From the IMG/VR virus record IMGVR_UViG_3300048893_000028, positions 1 to 40,160 of that record: a stretch of DNA of 40,160 nucleotides, one strand, 5' to 3'. The DNA comes from a virus (taxonomy: Duplodnaviria; Caudoviricetes). Made by a program: the position numbers and the translations under genes. Position 1 is the first letter of the stretch. Each line of letters begins with the position of its first letter. Under the pieces are notes generated by a model. The model did no database searches. It was not told the DNA's origin and worked only from the letters and a program-made list of their open reading frames with translations. Positions 1 through 8,394 of this stretch are shown here, in pieces.

Positions 1-64
1 AAGGACGCCGCGTTGGCCGAGGGAGACTCGATGAGTGCCGCTGATCGCCGTCCGCTCCGAGAGC
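1..64 (+). repeat. 64-bp direct repeat, copy 1 (may extend beyond window start)
   Basis: Identical to 360-423; partial third copy around 540-563. Confidence 0.95.
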
Positions 65-354
65 CCGAAAGGAATCTGCTGATGACTGAACAGAATTACT
101 TCGTCGATACGCCGTGGACGTGGCGAGAGCGTCTGCGGTTCAAGCTTTACCCTTCGCGCTACTGCGAACTCCCTGACGCGCCAGCCTCTTACGAGGATTG
201 CGTGGTCACGAAGACGGTTGCGGTTCTGAGCGTGTTGGACCGAGTGCGCGTGCTCCTAAGTGGGCGGTTCGTCGTGGAGACAAAGACGGTCACGGAGCAC
301 AAGGTCGGCGCCTGCATCACGGCGAGCGTGGCCTATCCGGAGTTGCGACGATGA
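31..354 (+). CDS. Hypothetical protein (start uncertain: 13, 31 or 82)
   Basis: GGGAGA before ATG at 31; stop overlaps next ATG (ATGA 351-354). Confidence 0.6.
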   Translation: MSAADRRPLREPERNLLMTEQNYFVDTPWTWRERLRFKLYPSRYCELPDAPASYEDCVVTKTVAVLSVLDRVRVLLSGRFVVETKTVTEHKVGACITASVAYPELRR

Positions 355-1130
355 CTGACAAGGACGCCGCGTTGGCCGAGGGAGACTCGATGAGTGCCGC
401 TGATCGCCGTCCGCTCCGAGAGCTGCGAGACAAGATGCAAGCGTTCAAAGACGGCACTGTCGAGAGCGCCAACACTCCTAGAGCACGCCTAGAGGTTGAA
501 GCTATCTGGAAAACACTCAACGTGGTCATTGCTGAAATTGACGCCGCGGTGGCCGAGGGAGACGCCCCAACGTTCAACGATGGGCAGCATGCGTCTACGA
601 TTCACTGGCTGCGGGGCATGGGCTACCACGACGCTGCGAAGGCGCTCGCGGACCTTCATGCTGAGGACATGGCCCTGCGCGGCATTCATCCGTATCCGTT
701 CACGGCGGTCGAGCGGGCCGCCCTCCCACCAGCCCCCGCGCCCCGATTAGAGCGTGAGGCTCTGAAGCGGATTGCCGCTGATGCGATGACGGCTCAAAGC
801 GATCCAGATGCTTCAGCGAACGTCTATCGGCGTGCGTTACAGATCATCTGCTCGGACGCTTTGAAAGTATTAGACGGCGTGGCCCCTGCGCCAGACTGGC
901 AACCGATAGAGACTGCGCCGAAAGATGGCACGAACGTGCTGCTCTGGTGGCCGTTCTGGTGCAAAGGCAGACCGACTATCGGCTATTTCGGTTTCCACGG
1001 CATTCAGCAATGGGCGGCACCGGAATGCTTGGAAGGCGACGGCGATCCACCGACGCACTGGATGCCGTTACCCACAGAACCGGGGGTGGCTGAGGCGTCG
1101 GCCCTCGCCCGGACGCCGGAAGACAAATAG
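351..1130 (+). CDS. Phage accessory protein with C-terminal DUF551-like domain
   Basis: WQPIETAPKDG...PTHWMPLP motif; ATGA coupling to upstream gene. Confidence 0.8.
   Translation: MTDKDAALAEGDSMSAADRRPLRELRDKMQAFKDGTVESANTPRARLEVEAIWKTLNVVIAEIDAAVAEGDAPTFNDGQHASTIHWLRGMGYHDAAKALADLHAEDMALRGIHPYPFTAVERAALPPAPAPRLEREALKRIAADAMTAQSDPDASANVYRRALQIICSDALKVLDGVAPAPDWQPIETAPKDGTNVLLWWPFWCKGRPTIGYFGFHGIQQWAAPECLEGDGDPPTHWMPLPTEPGVAEASALARTPEDK
360..423 (+). repeat. 64-bp direct repeat, copy 2
   Basis: Identical to 1-64. Confidence 0.95.
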
Positions 1131-1370
1131 ATGGCCCGTTGGCTGCTCATTGTTCGGCATCCGGTCAAGTGGCTCGTGGGAGCCTGCTTCATTTGCGGAC
1201 GGCTGATGCTCTTTGACGATCCACGGCTCATAGGAAACGCACACGGATTTTGTTGGTACCACGGCGAGCGTGGGTCCGTTTCAGACGTCGAGGCGTCGGC
1301 CCTCGCCCGACCCCGACCGTTAGAACAAGAGAAGAACGACGATCATACGCGCGTGGACGGTAAAAGCTAA
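1131..1370 (+). CDS. Small hypothetical protein (CxxC...CxxH)
   Basis: Abuts upstream stop; shares EASALAR tail with upstream gene. Confidence 0.6.
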   Translation: MARWLLIVRHPVKWLVGACFICGRLMLFDDPRLIGNAHGFCWYHGERGSVSDVEASALARPRPLEQEKNDDHTRVDGKS

Positions 1371-1440
1371 CTTGTAGGCTCGTGCTACCGCAGCGATGCG
1401 ACCGAGCTTGAGTCAATGTCCGTTGAGAGGGGAGAACGCG

Positions 1441-2136
1441 ATGAAGGCGAGCAACGATCTGTTACAGGGCCTCATGGACATCTCCGCGAAGTTTCATGAC
1501 TACCGCGATCCACCCTTGCCGAAGGGGCCGTGGGAGAGCGGTGAATGGGCCGTCGCGACGGATGCGCACATCTTGCTCGCCGTGCCTCGCGCCTCGATCG
1601 CTGGCGAGTTGCCACCGCTGCCCGACATCCTCGCGTCGCTCTTCGCAAAATGGGTGAACGGCGAACAGCACGCCGTCGAGGTGGTGTCGGCCTCTACCAT
1701 ACTGTCGTTTGTCGGACCACTCCCGAAGCACTGCGAGACGTGCGGAAGCACCGGCACGATTGAATGTGACGAGTGCGACGGCAGCGGTAATTACGAGTGC
1801 GAATGCACCGACTGTGGAGACTACCATCAGGCAGACTGCGCGACGTGTGACGGTGAGGGCGGTCGCCCATGCACGGAGTGCGGGCGGACCAAGAACCGAC
1901 CCGCGATGCTGAAGACGTTCGTCATCGATCGCAACAAGCTTGGGGAAATACTCGACGCGATCGACCCGTCGCCAGACGAATCAGTCTCGGTCTCATACGA
2001 GAAGAATGGCCTGTTCGTGTTTCGCGGCCAGTCATGGTGGGCGTTGGTGAGTGGCTTGCGAGAGGGAACCCCGTGGACGGTGAATTTCCACCAACCAGCA
2101 ACATGGGACACGGTTCCGGTCAGCGCGGGAACGTAG
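1441..2136 (+). CDS. Protein with DnaJ-type CxxCxGxG zinc-finger insert
   Basis: CETCGSTG, CDECDGSG, CATCDGEG motifs; RBS GAGGGGAG. Confidence 0.75.
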   Translation: MKASNDLLQGLMDISAKFHDYRDPPLPKGPWESGEWAVATDAHILLAVPRASIAGELPPLPDILASLFAKWVNGEQHAVEVVSASTILSFVGPLPKHCETCGSTGTIECDECDGSGNYECECTDCGDYHQADCATCDGEGGRPCTECGRTKNRPAMLKTFVIDRNKLGEILDAIDPSPDESVSVSYEKNGLFVFRGQSWWALVSGLREGTPWTVNFHQPATWDTVPVSAGT

Positions 2137-2299
2137 CTCGTTGCGGTCCGATCGCGTGGACCGGACGACGTGCGCACCTCGTTGGTCGGCAACGCGGAAC
2201 AGGAATTTGTTCTAGCACTTTTTGTTTTCGGGGGACCGATGCGCGAGCGAGACTGGCAACCTCACCGGCTCCTCACCCGGTGGAGAAACGGAGAGACCA

Positions 2300-2524
2300 A
2301 TGCCGATCGTGCTTGAATCGCGGACTGAGCGGACTGGCGATGGCTGGCGTGAGGTCCGTTACGTCTACAGCGGCATCGACGTTGACCAGATTGATTCAAC
2401 TCGCACGACGACGGCGAACGGCATCGCTGAAGTCTTTCCCCGCTATTTCTGGTCGAGCATCGGGGGAGTTCGCTATCGTGCGCTCGCGCATATTGTGTGT
2501 CGATTCACGGAGTTGCAGCCATGA
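2300..2524 (+). CDS. Hypothetical protein
   Basis: GGAGAG RBS, ATG 2300, 74 aa. Confidence 0.55.
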   Translation: MPIVLESRTERTGDGWREVRYVYSGIDVDQIDSTRTTTANGIAEVFPRYFWSSIGGVRYRALAHIVCRFTELQP

Positions 2525-2633
2525 TCCGTTGGACGGCAGGCAGTGCCGTCGCCCTGTATGAGCGATTAGACCGAAAACGGCCGTGGAGCGCGCGACGGGC
2601 GGTCCTGCGGCTGATCCGGCAGTTGGAGGGACC

Positions 2634-2786
2634 ATGACCCAGCGCCAGAAAGCCTATCAGGTTACCCGCTACGGCCGTCGTCAGGCGAACGGCCGCTGCG
2701 TGGACTGCGGCGTCAAGTCGGAAAAGTTCTCGCGCTGTGGGCGCTGTCGGGCGCGTCGGATGGGGTATCATGCTAGACTCAGCCGC
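2634..2786 (+). CDS. Small Zn-finger (CxxC...CxxC) segment, in frame with and lacking a stop before the 2787 gene
   Basis: GGAGGG RBS, ATG 2634; CVDC...CGRC; frame stays open to 3203. Confidence 0.55.
2771..2779 (+). promoter_or_regulatory. Putative extended -10 promoter (TGCTAGACT) for a leaderless mRNA starting near ATG 2787
   Basis: TGn-TAGACT ends 7 nt before ATG; no Shine-Dalgarno. Confidence 0.5.
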
Positions 2787-3203
2787 ATGAAAACCGCCCT
2801 CGTGCTCGTGTTGGTGTGTCTTGCCTCGAGCCTTCAGGCGCAAACGGTCACGAATGTCGATGCCACGAAGGGCTTGGTCTTTGCCGCGAGTGCGGACCAG
2901 GCGACCACGGCCGCCGATGGCACCCCGCTCCTGACCCGCTATGAGGTGCGCTTTCTCGCCGCCGTGCCGGCGTCCTGTGCGGCGCAAACGGCGGTCAATC
3001 TGGGCAAACCGACCCCCGTCAGTAATATCATCACGACGACGGCGCTGCCGGCTCTGGGCTCCCTCCCGGCGAATTGTCTCTATACGGCGACGATTGCCGC
3101 GATTGGCCCGGGCGGTGAGGGGGTCAGCCAACCCTCCGCCCCTTTTGCACGGGTCGTGTTTCGAGCCCCGGGCGCCCCCGGCACTCCTGTCGTTTCACCG
3201 TAA
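2787..3203 (+). CDS. Signal-peptide protein with FN3/Ig-like beta-sandwich domain
   Basis: MKTALVLVLVCLASSLQAQ signal peptide; LGKPT...YTATIAAIGPGG...SAPF pattern. Confidence 0.75.
   Translation: MKTALVLVLVCLASSLQAQTVTNVDATKGLVFAASADQATTAADGTPLLTRYEVRFLAAVPASCAAQTAVNLGKPTPVSNIITTTALPALGSLPANCLYTATIAAIGPGGEGVSQPSAPFARVVFRAPGAPGTPVVSP
3140..3146 (+). other. Candidate -1 frameshift heptamer C CCT TTT
   Basis: In-frame X XXY YYZ; -1 frame open to TGA 3428-3430; GC-rich hairpins downstream. Confidence 0.5.
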
Positions 3204-3430
3204 CCCCCTATGACGAAGCCATCAGCGTCCAGTTCGGCCTCGCGCTCAATCAGGCGAATGACGAGTATTTCGCCCTCCACGGCCTTCATTTGGCGGATGG
3301 GGGCATGATCAGCGTGATGAGCTCGAGAGCCGCCTGGGATCACTACGTCGATGGCCTCGACTGGCAAGAATCTTTCACCAAGCACGTCAACGAATATCGC
3401 GCCCAATACGGGCTTCCGCCGGTGCCCTGA
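3146..3430 (+). CDS. Start-less protein-like frame (…PYDEAISVQFG…YRAQYGLPPVP); frameshift extension or gene remnant
   Basis: Open from stop 3116-3118 to TGA 3430; no in-frame ATG/GTG/TTG before about 3290; TGATG overlap with next gene. Confidence 0.55.
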   Translation, partial: CTGRVSSPGRPRHSCRFTVTPYDEAISVQFGLALNQANDEYFALHGLHLADGGMISVMSSRAAWDHYVDGLDWQESFTKHVNEYRAQYGLPPVP

Positions 3431-3648
3431 TGCCTGAGCATCGCTTACAGAAAACCCGAGCGTCGTATCGCTGTGGTCGGGTCATGGTTATCGTGCCGTG
3501 GCCTCATTGCGACTGTTCTGGATGTGCTTATTCACGCGAATGGCACCGATTGATGAAGAACGGCACGCCGGCGATTGAGGCCGCTGAGCCACTTGGGCGG
3601 CTCGCCCGTTGGCTCCACGATCGGGATATCGCACAGGCCACCGCATGA
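3430..3648 (+). CDS. Small Cys-containing hypothetical protein
   Basis: 72-aa ORF coupled to upstream stop. Confidence 0.5.
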   Translation: MPEHRLQKTRASYRCGRVMVIVPWPHCDCSGCAYSREWHRLMKNGTPAIEAAEPLGRLARWLHDRDIAQATA

Positions 3649-3764
3649 CCCATTGGCCCCACGCGCAACCTGTGCTCAAGCTCGGGGCGTTTCCCCATCG
3701 CTGCCCCGGCCTTGACTGTCGCATCTGCTGGTGGGTCAGACTCCATCCGCTTCAACCATAATGG

Positions 3765-4202
3765 TTGGCTATTTTGGCTAAAGGCCACGGCGGGTTACGG
3801 CCGGGACAAAAGCCACGCCAGAAGGGCGACACTGGCCATAAATGGTCGAAGACGCTCGCGAAGGAAGCGGCTCGAGAACTGGTGCGTCAGGCCGTCACGG
3901 AACATCTGCCCGATCTCATCTCGGCCCAGGTGGCGAACGCGAAGGGCTTACAGTATCTGGTCTACCGGGACAAGAAGACCGGCAAGTTTGAGCGCGTGAC
4001 GAACCTCGAGACCGTGAATCAGGACGAGAACACGATCGAGGTCTGGGAGAAAGATCCAAGCGTGCAGGCGTTTAGCGACCTCCTCAATCGGGCGATCGAC
4101 CGACCGAAGGAACAATCACAGGACATCAATCTGACGGCCGCCGACGCCCTGCTGTCCGCTCTGGACCGTATCAAGGCGAAGCATCGTGGTTCAGCCGAGT
4201 AG
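3765..4202 (+). CDS. terS: Terminase small subunit (start may be TTG 3774)
   Basis: GHGGLRPG N-terminal motif; directly upstream of and overlapping terL. Confidence 0.7.
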   Translation: MAILAKGHGGLRPGQKPRQKGDTGHKWSKTLAKEAARELVRQAVTEHLPDLISAQVANAKGLQYLVYRDKKTGKFERVTNLETVNQDENTIEVWEKDPSVQAFSDLLNRAIDRPKEQSQDINLTAADALLSALDRIKAKHRGSAE

Positions 4203-5670
4203 CGTCCGGGATGCTGAACTCGAGCTGCACGAGCTGGTTGGCAGCTACTATGAGAATCCCCTCGGCTATGTGCGCGATCTCTTCGCGTGGGGGCAACCAG
4301 GCCCCTTAGAAGCCTATTCTGAGCCGGATACCTGGCAATGCGAGTTCCTCGAATGGCTCGGCGGTGAGATTCAGGCCCGACGTTTCAATGGCGTGGATCC
4401 GGTCATGCCCATACGGGCTGCCGTGTCTAGCGGTCATGGTATCGGGAAAGGCGCCCTCACAGGTATGTTGGTTAATTTCCTCATGTCCACTCGACGGGAC
4501 TGTAAAGGGGTCATCACGGCCAACACCAACACCCAGCTCCAAGACAAGACCTGGGCGGCCATCCAGACGTGGACGAAGCGCAGCCTGACGGCCCATTGGT
4601 TCGAGGTGAACTCGAGCATCATGTATCGCAAGGGCTATCGGGAAAGCTGGAAATGCAGCCCGCAGACGTGCGACCCGGACAACTCCGAAGCCTTCGCCGG
4701 CCAGCACAACGTGGCGAGCACGAGCTTCTATGTCAACGACGAAGACAGCAACGTGCCGGACATCATCCACGAGGTGAGCGAAGGCGGGCTGACGGACGGC
4801 GAGCCGATGCAGTTTCTCTTTGGGAACCCGACTCGGCGCCGCGGGGCGTTTTACGACATCGTGTTCGGGGGGAAGGGGAAGCGGTGGAAGACGTGGGTCA
4901 TTGATGCGCGCAATTGCCGGTTCCCGAACAAACAACTCATCAAAGAGCAAGAGGAAGACTATGGAGAGGATAGTGATCGATTTCGTGTCCGTGTGCGTGG
5001 ATTGCCTCCAGTGGCTGAGGACGCACAGTTCATCGATTCTGCACGTATTCTCGCGGCGCAGAAACGCAAGGTTGTCGTTCTATCGGACGAACCTCTTATC
5101 GCCGGATGCGACTTGGCCTGGGGCGGATCGGACAGCAACGTTATACGCTTTCGACGGGGTCGGGATGCGAGTTCGATCAAGCCCATCCGGATACCTGGTG
5201 AGCTTACGCGCGACCCGAGTGTGCTTACCAATCGACTCGCGGACATCCTCAGCGCCAAATACGACGGTAAATCAGTCTCAATGCTCTTCCTGGACTCGGC
5301 TGGAATCGCCGGGGCCATTGGAACACGGTTACGAGCATTGGGGCACCGGAACGTCCTGGAAGTGAACTTCGGCGCCGACAGCCCGAACCCCAAAATGAGA
5401 TACATGCGTGATTTCATGTGGGCGCAGATGAAAGACTGGCTCCTCGTCGGGTCGATTGATACCAGCCCGCGGCTCGAGCAGGACCTGATGGGACCAGGCC
5501 TGCGGGAAGAACTGAAGCAGCGCATCTGGCTCGAAAGCAAGAAGGAGATGAAGGTGCGCGGGGTCGAGAGTCCAGATGAAGGGGACGCGCTGGCGTTGAC
5601 GTTCGCGCAGATTGTCGCCCCGGCTGCGCCGGCCCCGCCCCCGTATCGACCACCAACGGCGTGGGGTTAG
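4186..5670 (+). CDS. terL: Terminase large subunit
   Basis: Walker A-like SGHGIGKG, Walker B-like YVNDE, GNPT coupling motif, nuclease GCDLA...SPDEGDALALTF. Confidence 0.93.
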   Translation: MVQPSSVRDAELELHELVGSYYENPLGYVRDLFAWGQPGPLEAYSEPDTWQCEFLEWLGGEIQARRFNGVDPVMPIRAAVSSGHGIGKGALTGMLVNFLMSTRRDCKGVITANTNTQLQDKTWAAIQTWTKRSLTAHWFEVNSSIMYRKGYRESWKCSPQTCDPDNSEAFAGQHNVASTSFYVNDEDSNVPDIIHEVSEGGLTDGEPMQFLFGNPTRRRGAFYDIVFGGKGKRWKTWVIDARNCRFPNKQLIKEQEEDYGEDSDRFRVRVRGLPPVAEDAQFIDSARILAAQKRKVVVLSDEPLIAGCDLAWGGSDSNVIRFRRGRDASSIKPIRIPGELTRDPSVLTNRLADILSAKYDGKSVSMLFLDSAGIAGAIGTRLRALGHRNVLEVNFGADSPNPKMRYMRDFMWAQMKDWLLVGSIDTSPRLEQDLMGPGLREELKQRIWLESKKEMKVRGVESPDEGDALALTFAQIVAPAAPAPPPYRPPTAWG

Positions 5671-5674
5671 GGTG

Positions 5675-5680
5675 TATACT
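5675..5680 (+). promoter_or_regulatory. Putative -10 element (TATACT) upstream of the portal operon
   Basis: Intergenic; resembles the 10431 motif; no -35 found. Confidence 0.4.
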
Positions 5681-5697
5681 CTGCGGCACGAGGACGC

Positions 5698-5931
5698 ATG
5701 CCCCGATTCCTTGAAGACAAGCTGAAGGCTCAAGGTGCGTCTGAAGGCATGACGGGCCGCAGCCTCGCGCACTACGTCTATGGCGCGATGAACAACATGG
5801 GCGCCATGCACGGCAACAAGGAAACCACCAAGGGCCGGGCTATGGACGCCAAACACGAGGCCGACCAGAAGAAACCCTCCCACCACGGCGCGAACCTCGG
5901 AAAATTCCTTCATCCCAAGCGTAAGCCGTGA
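5698..5931 (+). CDS. Small basic hypothetical protein between terL and portal
   Basis: GAGGA RBS; GTGA overlap with portal. Confidence 0.75.
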   Translation: MPRFLEDKLKAQGASEGMTGRSLAHYVYGAMNNMGAMHGNKETTKGRAMDAKHEADQKKPSHHGANLGKFLHPKRKP

Positions 5932-8393
5932 GCGAGTCAGACGACGATCTCCTGAAAGAGATCCGCGACCGCTACGATGCGGCCGAATCGGCCTGGTCAG
6001 ACATCCGTGACGAAGGGGATACCGACATGGCCTATGTGGCCAGTGATCCCTGGGATGAGAAAGACCGCAAAGCGCGCGAAGCCGCCGGGCGCCCCTGCCT
6101 CTCGTTCGATGAAGCCGGCCAGTATCTGAACCAGGTCATCAACACCATTCGCGCCAATCCGCGCGCAATGAAGTTCGCTCCGGCTGGGAACGACGCCACG
6201 GATGCGGGCGCCGAGTTCTACGCGAACAAGGCGCGCGAGACGGAATACCGCAGCCACGCGCAGCTCGCCTATACGACGGCGTTTCAGAACTGCGTCGAAC
6301 GGTCCTACGGGTGGTGCCGATGGACGACGAAGGAAGAGACCGACACGTCGTTCAACCAGGAGCTGTGGCTCGAGGACATTCCGAACCCGAACATGGTGCT
6401 CCCTGACCCGCATTTCAAGCGGCCGGATGGGAGTGATCTGCGGTATCTGTTTTTCAAGGAAACCTTTCCGGTCGAGGAGTTCAAGCGCCGGTGGCCGAAG
6501 GCCAAGGTGCGCGACTTCACGAAGGAAGCGATTGAGCTCGCACGGGCGTGGTTTCCGAAGACTGACCAGATCACGGTGGCCGAGTATTGGGTGAAGGAAG
6601 AGGCGGGTTCGACACGGCTGCTGCTCTATGACGGGCAAGAGGTCATGGAGGATGATGTCAAGGATCTGAACGAAAAGAAGATCGAGCGTCAGCGCAAGGT
6701 GTCACGTTATAAGGTCACCCAATACATCACGAACGGCGTGGAAATCCTCGAGACGAACGAGTGGAAAGGGCAATACATCCCCTTTGCCTGCTGTCTCGGG
6801 AAGGTGATTTACGTCGAAGGGAAGCGGATCATTCTCTCGATGATGCGCCTCGCACGCGATCCCATCATGGCCCATGCCTACATGGAGACGTGCGAGGCGG
6901 AAATCGTGGGCGCCGTGCCGCGCAATTCGTGGATCGGCTATACGGGGCAGTTTGCGAATCCCACGGAATGGCAACGGGCCGCGCATGAACCGGTGGCGTA
7001 TCTCGAGGCCAACCCGACCACGGAGATCACGGGCCAGCAACAGATCCTTCCCTTGCCGCAGCGGCAGAGCTGGGATCCCCCGATTCAGAACATCGAAATT
7101 GCGATTGAAGGCAAGCGGCGGTCGATTCAGGCGGCCATCATGGGTTCGCCGTTGCCGACCCAGGCCCAGCGGCACAACGAGAAGTCCGGGGTCGCGCTGC
7201 AACAGATTGAAAAGTCGGGGCAGATCGGCAGCTTCCATTTCTCCGACCACTACGACGACATGATCCGGCACCTCGGGGTCATGTATGAAGACCTCTGCGA
7301 CAAGATTTACGATGCCGCACGGAACACCGGCGTCCGTGACGCGCTCGGGAACAGTTCGATTGTTCGGATCAACGACCCGCAACCAACCCAGCAGCAATAT
7401 CCAGACCCGATGCAATTGCAGCAAGCTGTCGAGGCATGGAAAGCCCGCCAGCCGCAGGGCGCCGACCCGAATATGTCCGGGGTCAGCACGAAGGGGAAAT
7501 ACCTCGTCACGGTCTCGAGTGGGCCGGCGGCCGATAGTCAGCGCGAGGCGGTTTCGGAGTTCGTGGTCAACCTGATGTCGTTGCCCGTGGTGCAGCAGAT
7601 GGCCCCGGATCTGGTGGTCAAGGCGCAGGCGAGCACGATGGGCGTCGGGCAGTTGAACCCGATTCTTGAGGAACTCGCCGATCGGATTACCCCGCCACAG
7701 TTCAAGAAGCCGAAGCCCGGTGAAGCGCCTGATCCCAAGCAGTTAATGCAGCAAGTGCAGGAGGCGGGGCAACAGATTCAGCAGCTGAACGGCATGATTC
7801 AGAAGCTGACGCAGGAGATCACGACGAAACAGATCGAGCAGCAGGGGCAACTCGAGAAAGCTCAAGTCGATGCCCAAGCCAAGCTGGCGCAATCGCACGT
7901 CGATGCCGATAAAGAGATGGCCGTGCAGATGATGAAATTAGCCAGTGAGGAACGCCAAGCCGCCATGGACCGTGAGACAAAGCTGGCAGTGGCTGAACTG
8001 TCAGCCAAGACCGAACGGACGCGGCTGTTTCTGGAGGAACGCGCCCGGCTCGGCGCGCAGATGGAAGACGCTACACAGGCGCATCTCGACCGCGCGCACG
8101 AAGTCGGCATGACGGCCTTGGAGCACGCCACGGCGCTGGCCTCTGGCGAAGCCGACCACGCGCATACGTTGGAACAAGGCGATCAGCAGCACGGGCACGC
8201 GCTCGCACAGGGCGAGCAGGACTTGAACAACACGCTCGCATCTGGGGCCTTGACGCCACCGAAAGCGGGCGCGGCAAAGAAGAAATCGGAACCGACCCCA
8301 GAGGCGAAGCCGACGAAGATGCGCCGCGTATTTGAGCGTGATCCGAACAACGGCCTCGTCACGGCGTTTACGGATGCGCCGGTGACTGACTAG
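5928..8393 (+). CDS. Portal protein, P22-like, with long C-terminal coiled coil
   Basis: Position after terL; W..GRPCLSF N-terminal pattern; SGVA motif; Q-rich coiled-coil tail; 821 aa. Confidence 0.9.
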   Translation: MSESDDDLLKEIRDRYDAAESAWSDIRDEGDTDMAYVASDPWDEKDRKAREAAGRPCLSFDEAGQYLNQVINTIRANPRAMKFAPAGNDATDAGAEFYANKARETEYRSHAQLAYTTAFQNCVERSYGWCRWTTKEETDTSFNQELWLEDIPNPNMVLPDPHFKRPDGSDLRYLFFKETFPVEEFKRRWPKAKVRDFTKEAIELARAWFPKTDQITVAEYWVKEEAGSTRLLLYDGQEVMEDDVKDLNEKKIERQRKVSRYKVTQYITNGVEILETNEWKGQYIPFACCLGKVIYVEGKRIILSMMRLARDPIMAHAYMETCEAEIVGAVPRNSWIGYTGQFANPTEWQRAAHEPVAYLEANPTTEITGQQQILPLPQRQSWDPPIQNIEIAIEGKRRSIQAAIMGSPLPTQAQRHNEKSGVALQQIEKSGQIGSFHFSDHYDDMIRHLGVMYEDLCDKIYDAARNTGVRDALGNSSIVRINDPQPTQQQYPDPMQLQQAVEAWKARQPQGADPNMSGVSTKGKYLVTVSSGPAADSQREAVSEFVVNLMSLPVVQQMAPDLVVKAQASTMGVGQLNPILEELADRITPPQFKKPKPGEAPDPKQLMQQVQEAGQQIQQLNGMIQKLTQEITTKQIEQQGQLEKAQVDAQAKLAQSHVDADKEMAVQMMKLASEERQAAMDRETKLAVAELSAKTERTRLFLEERARLGAQMEDATQAHLDRAHEVGMTALEHATALASGEADHAHTLEQGDQQHGHALAQGEQDLNNTLASGALTPPKAGAAKKKSEPTPEAKPTKMRRVFERDPNNGLVTAFTDAPVTD

Positions 8394-8394
8394 C

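Noticed and set aside
1-423. Repeats as CRISPR array, att site or terminal repeat
   Set aside because: Only two full copies about 300 bp apart; no cas or integrase; no match at the window end.
1441-2136. DnaJ chaperone
   Set aside because: Only the CxxCxGxG Zn-finger motifs are present; no J-domain HPD motif.
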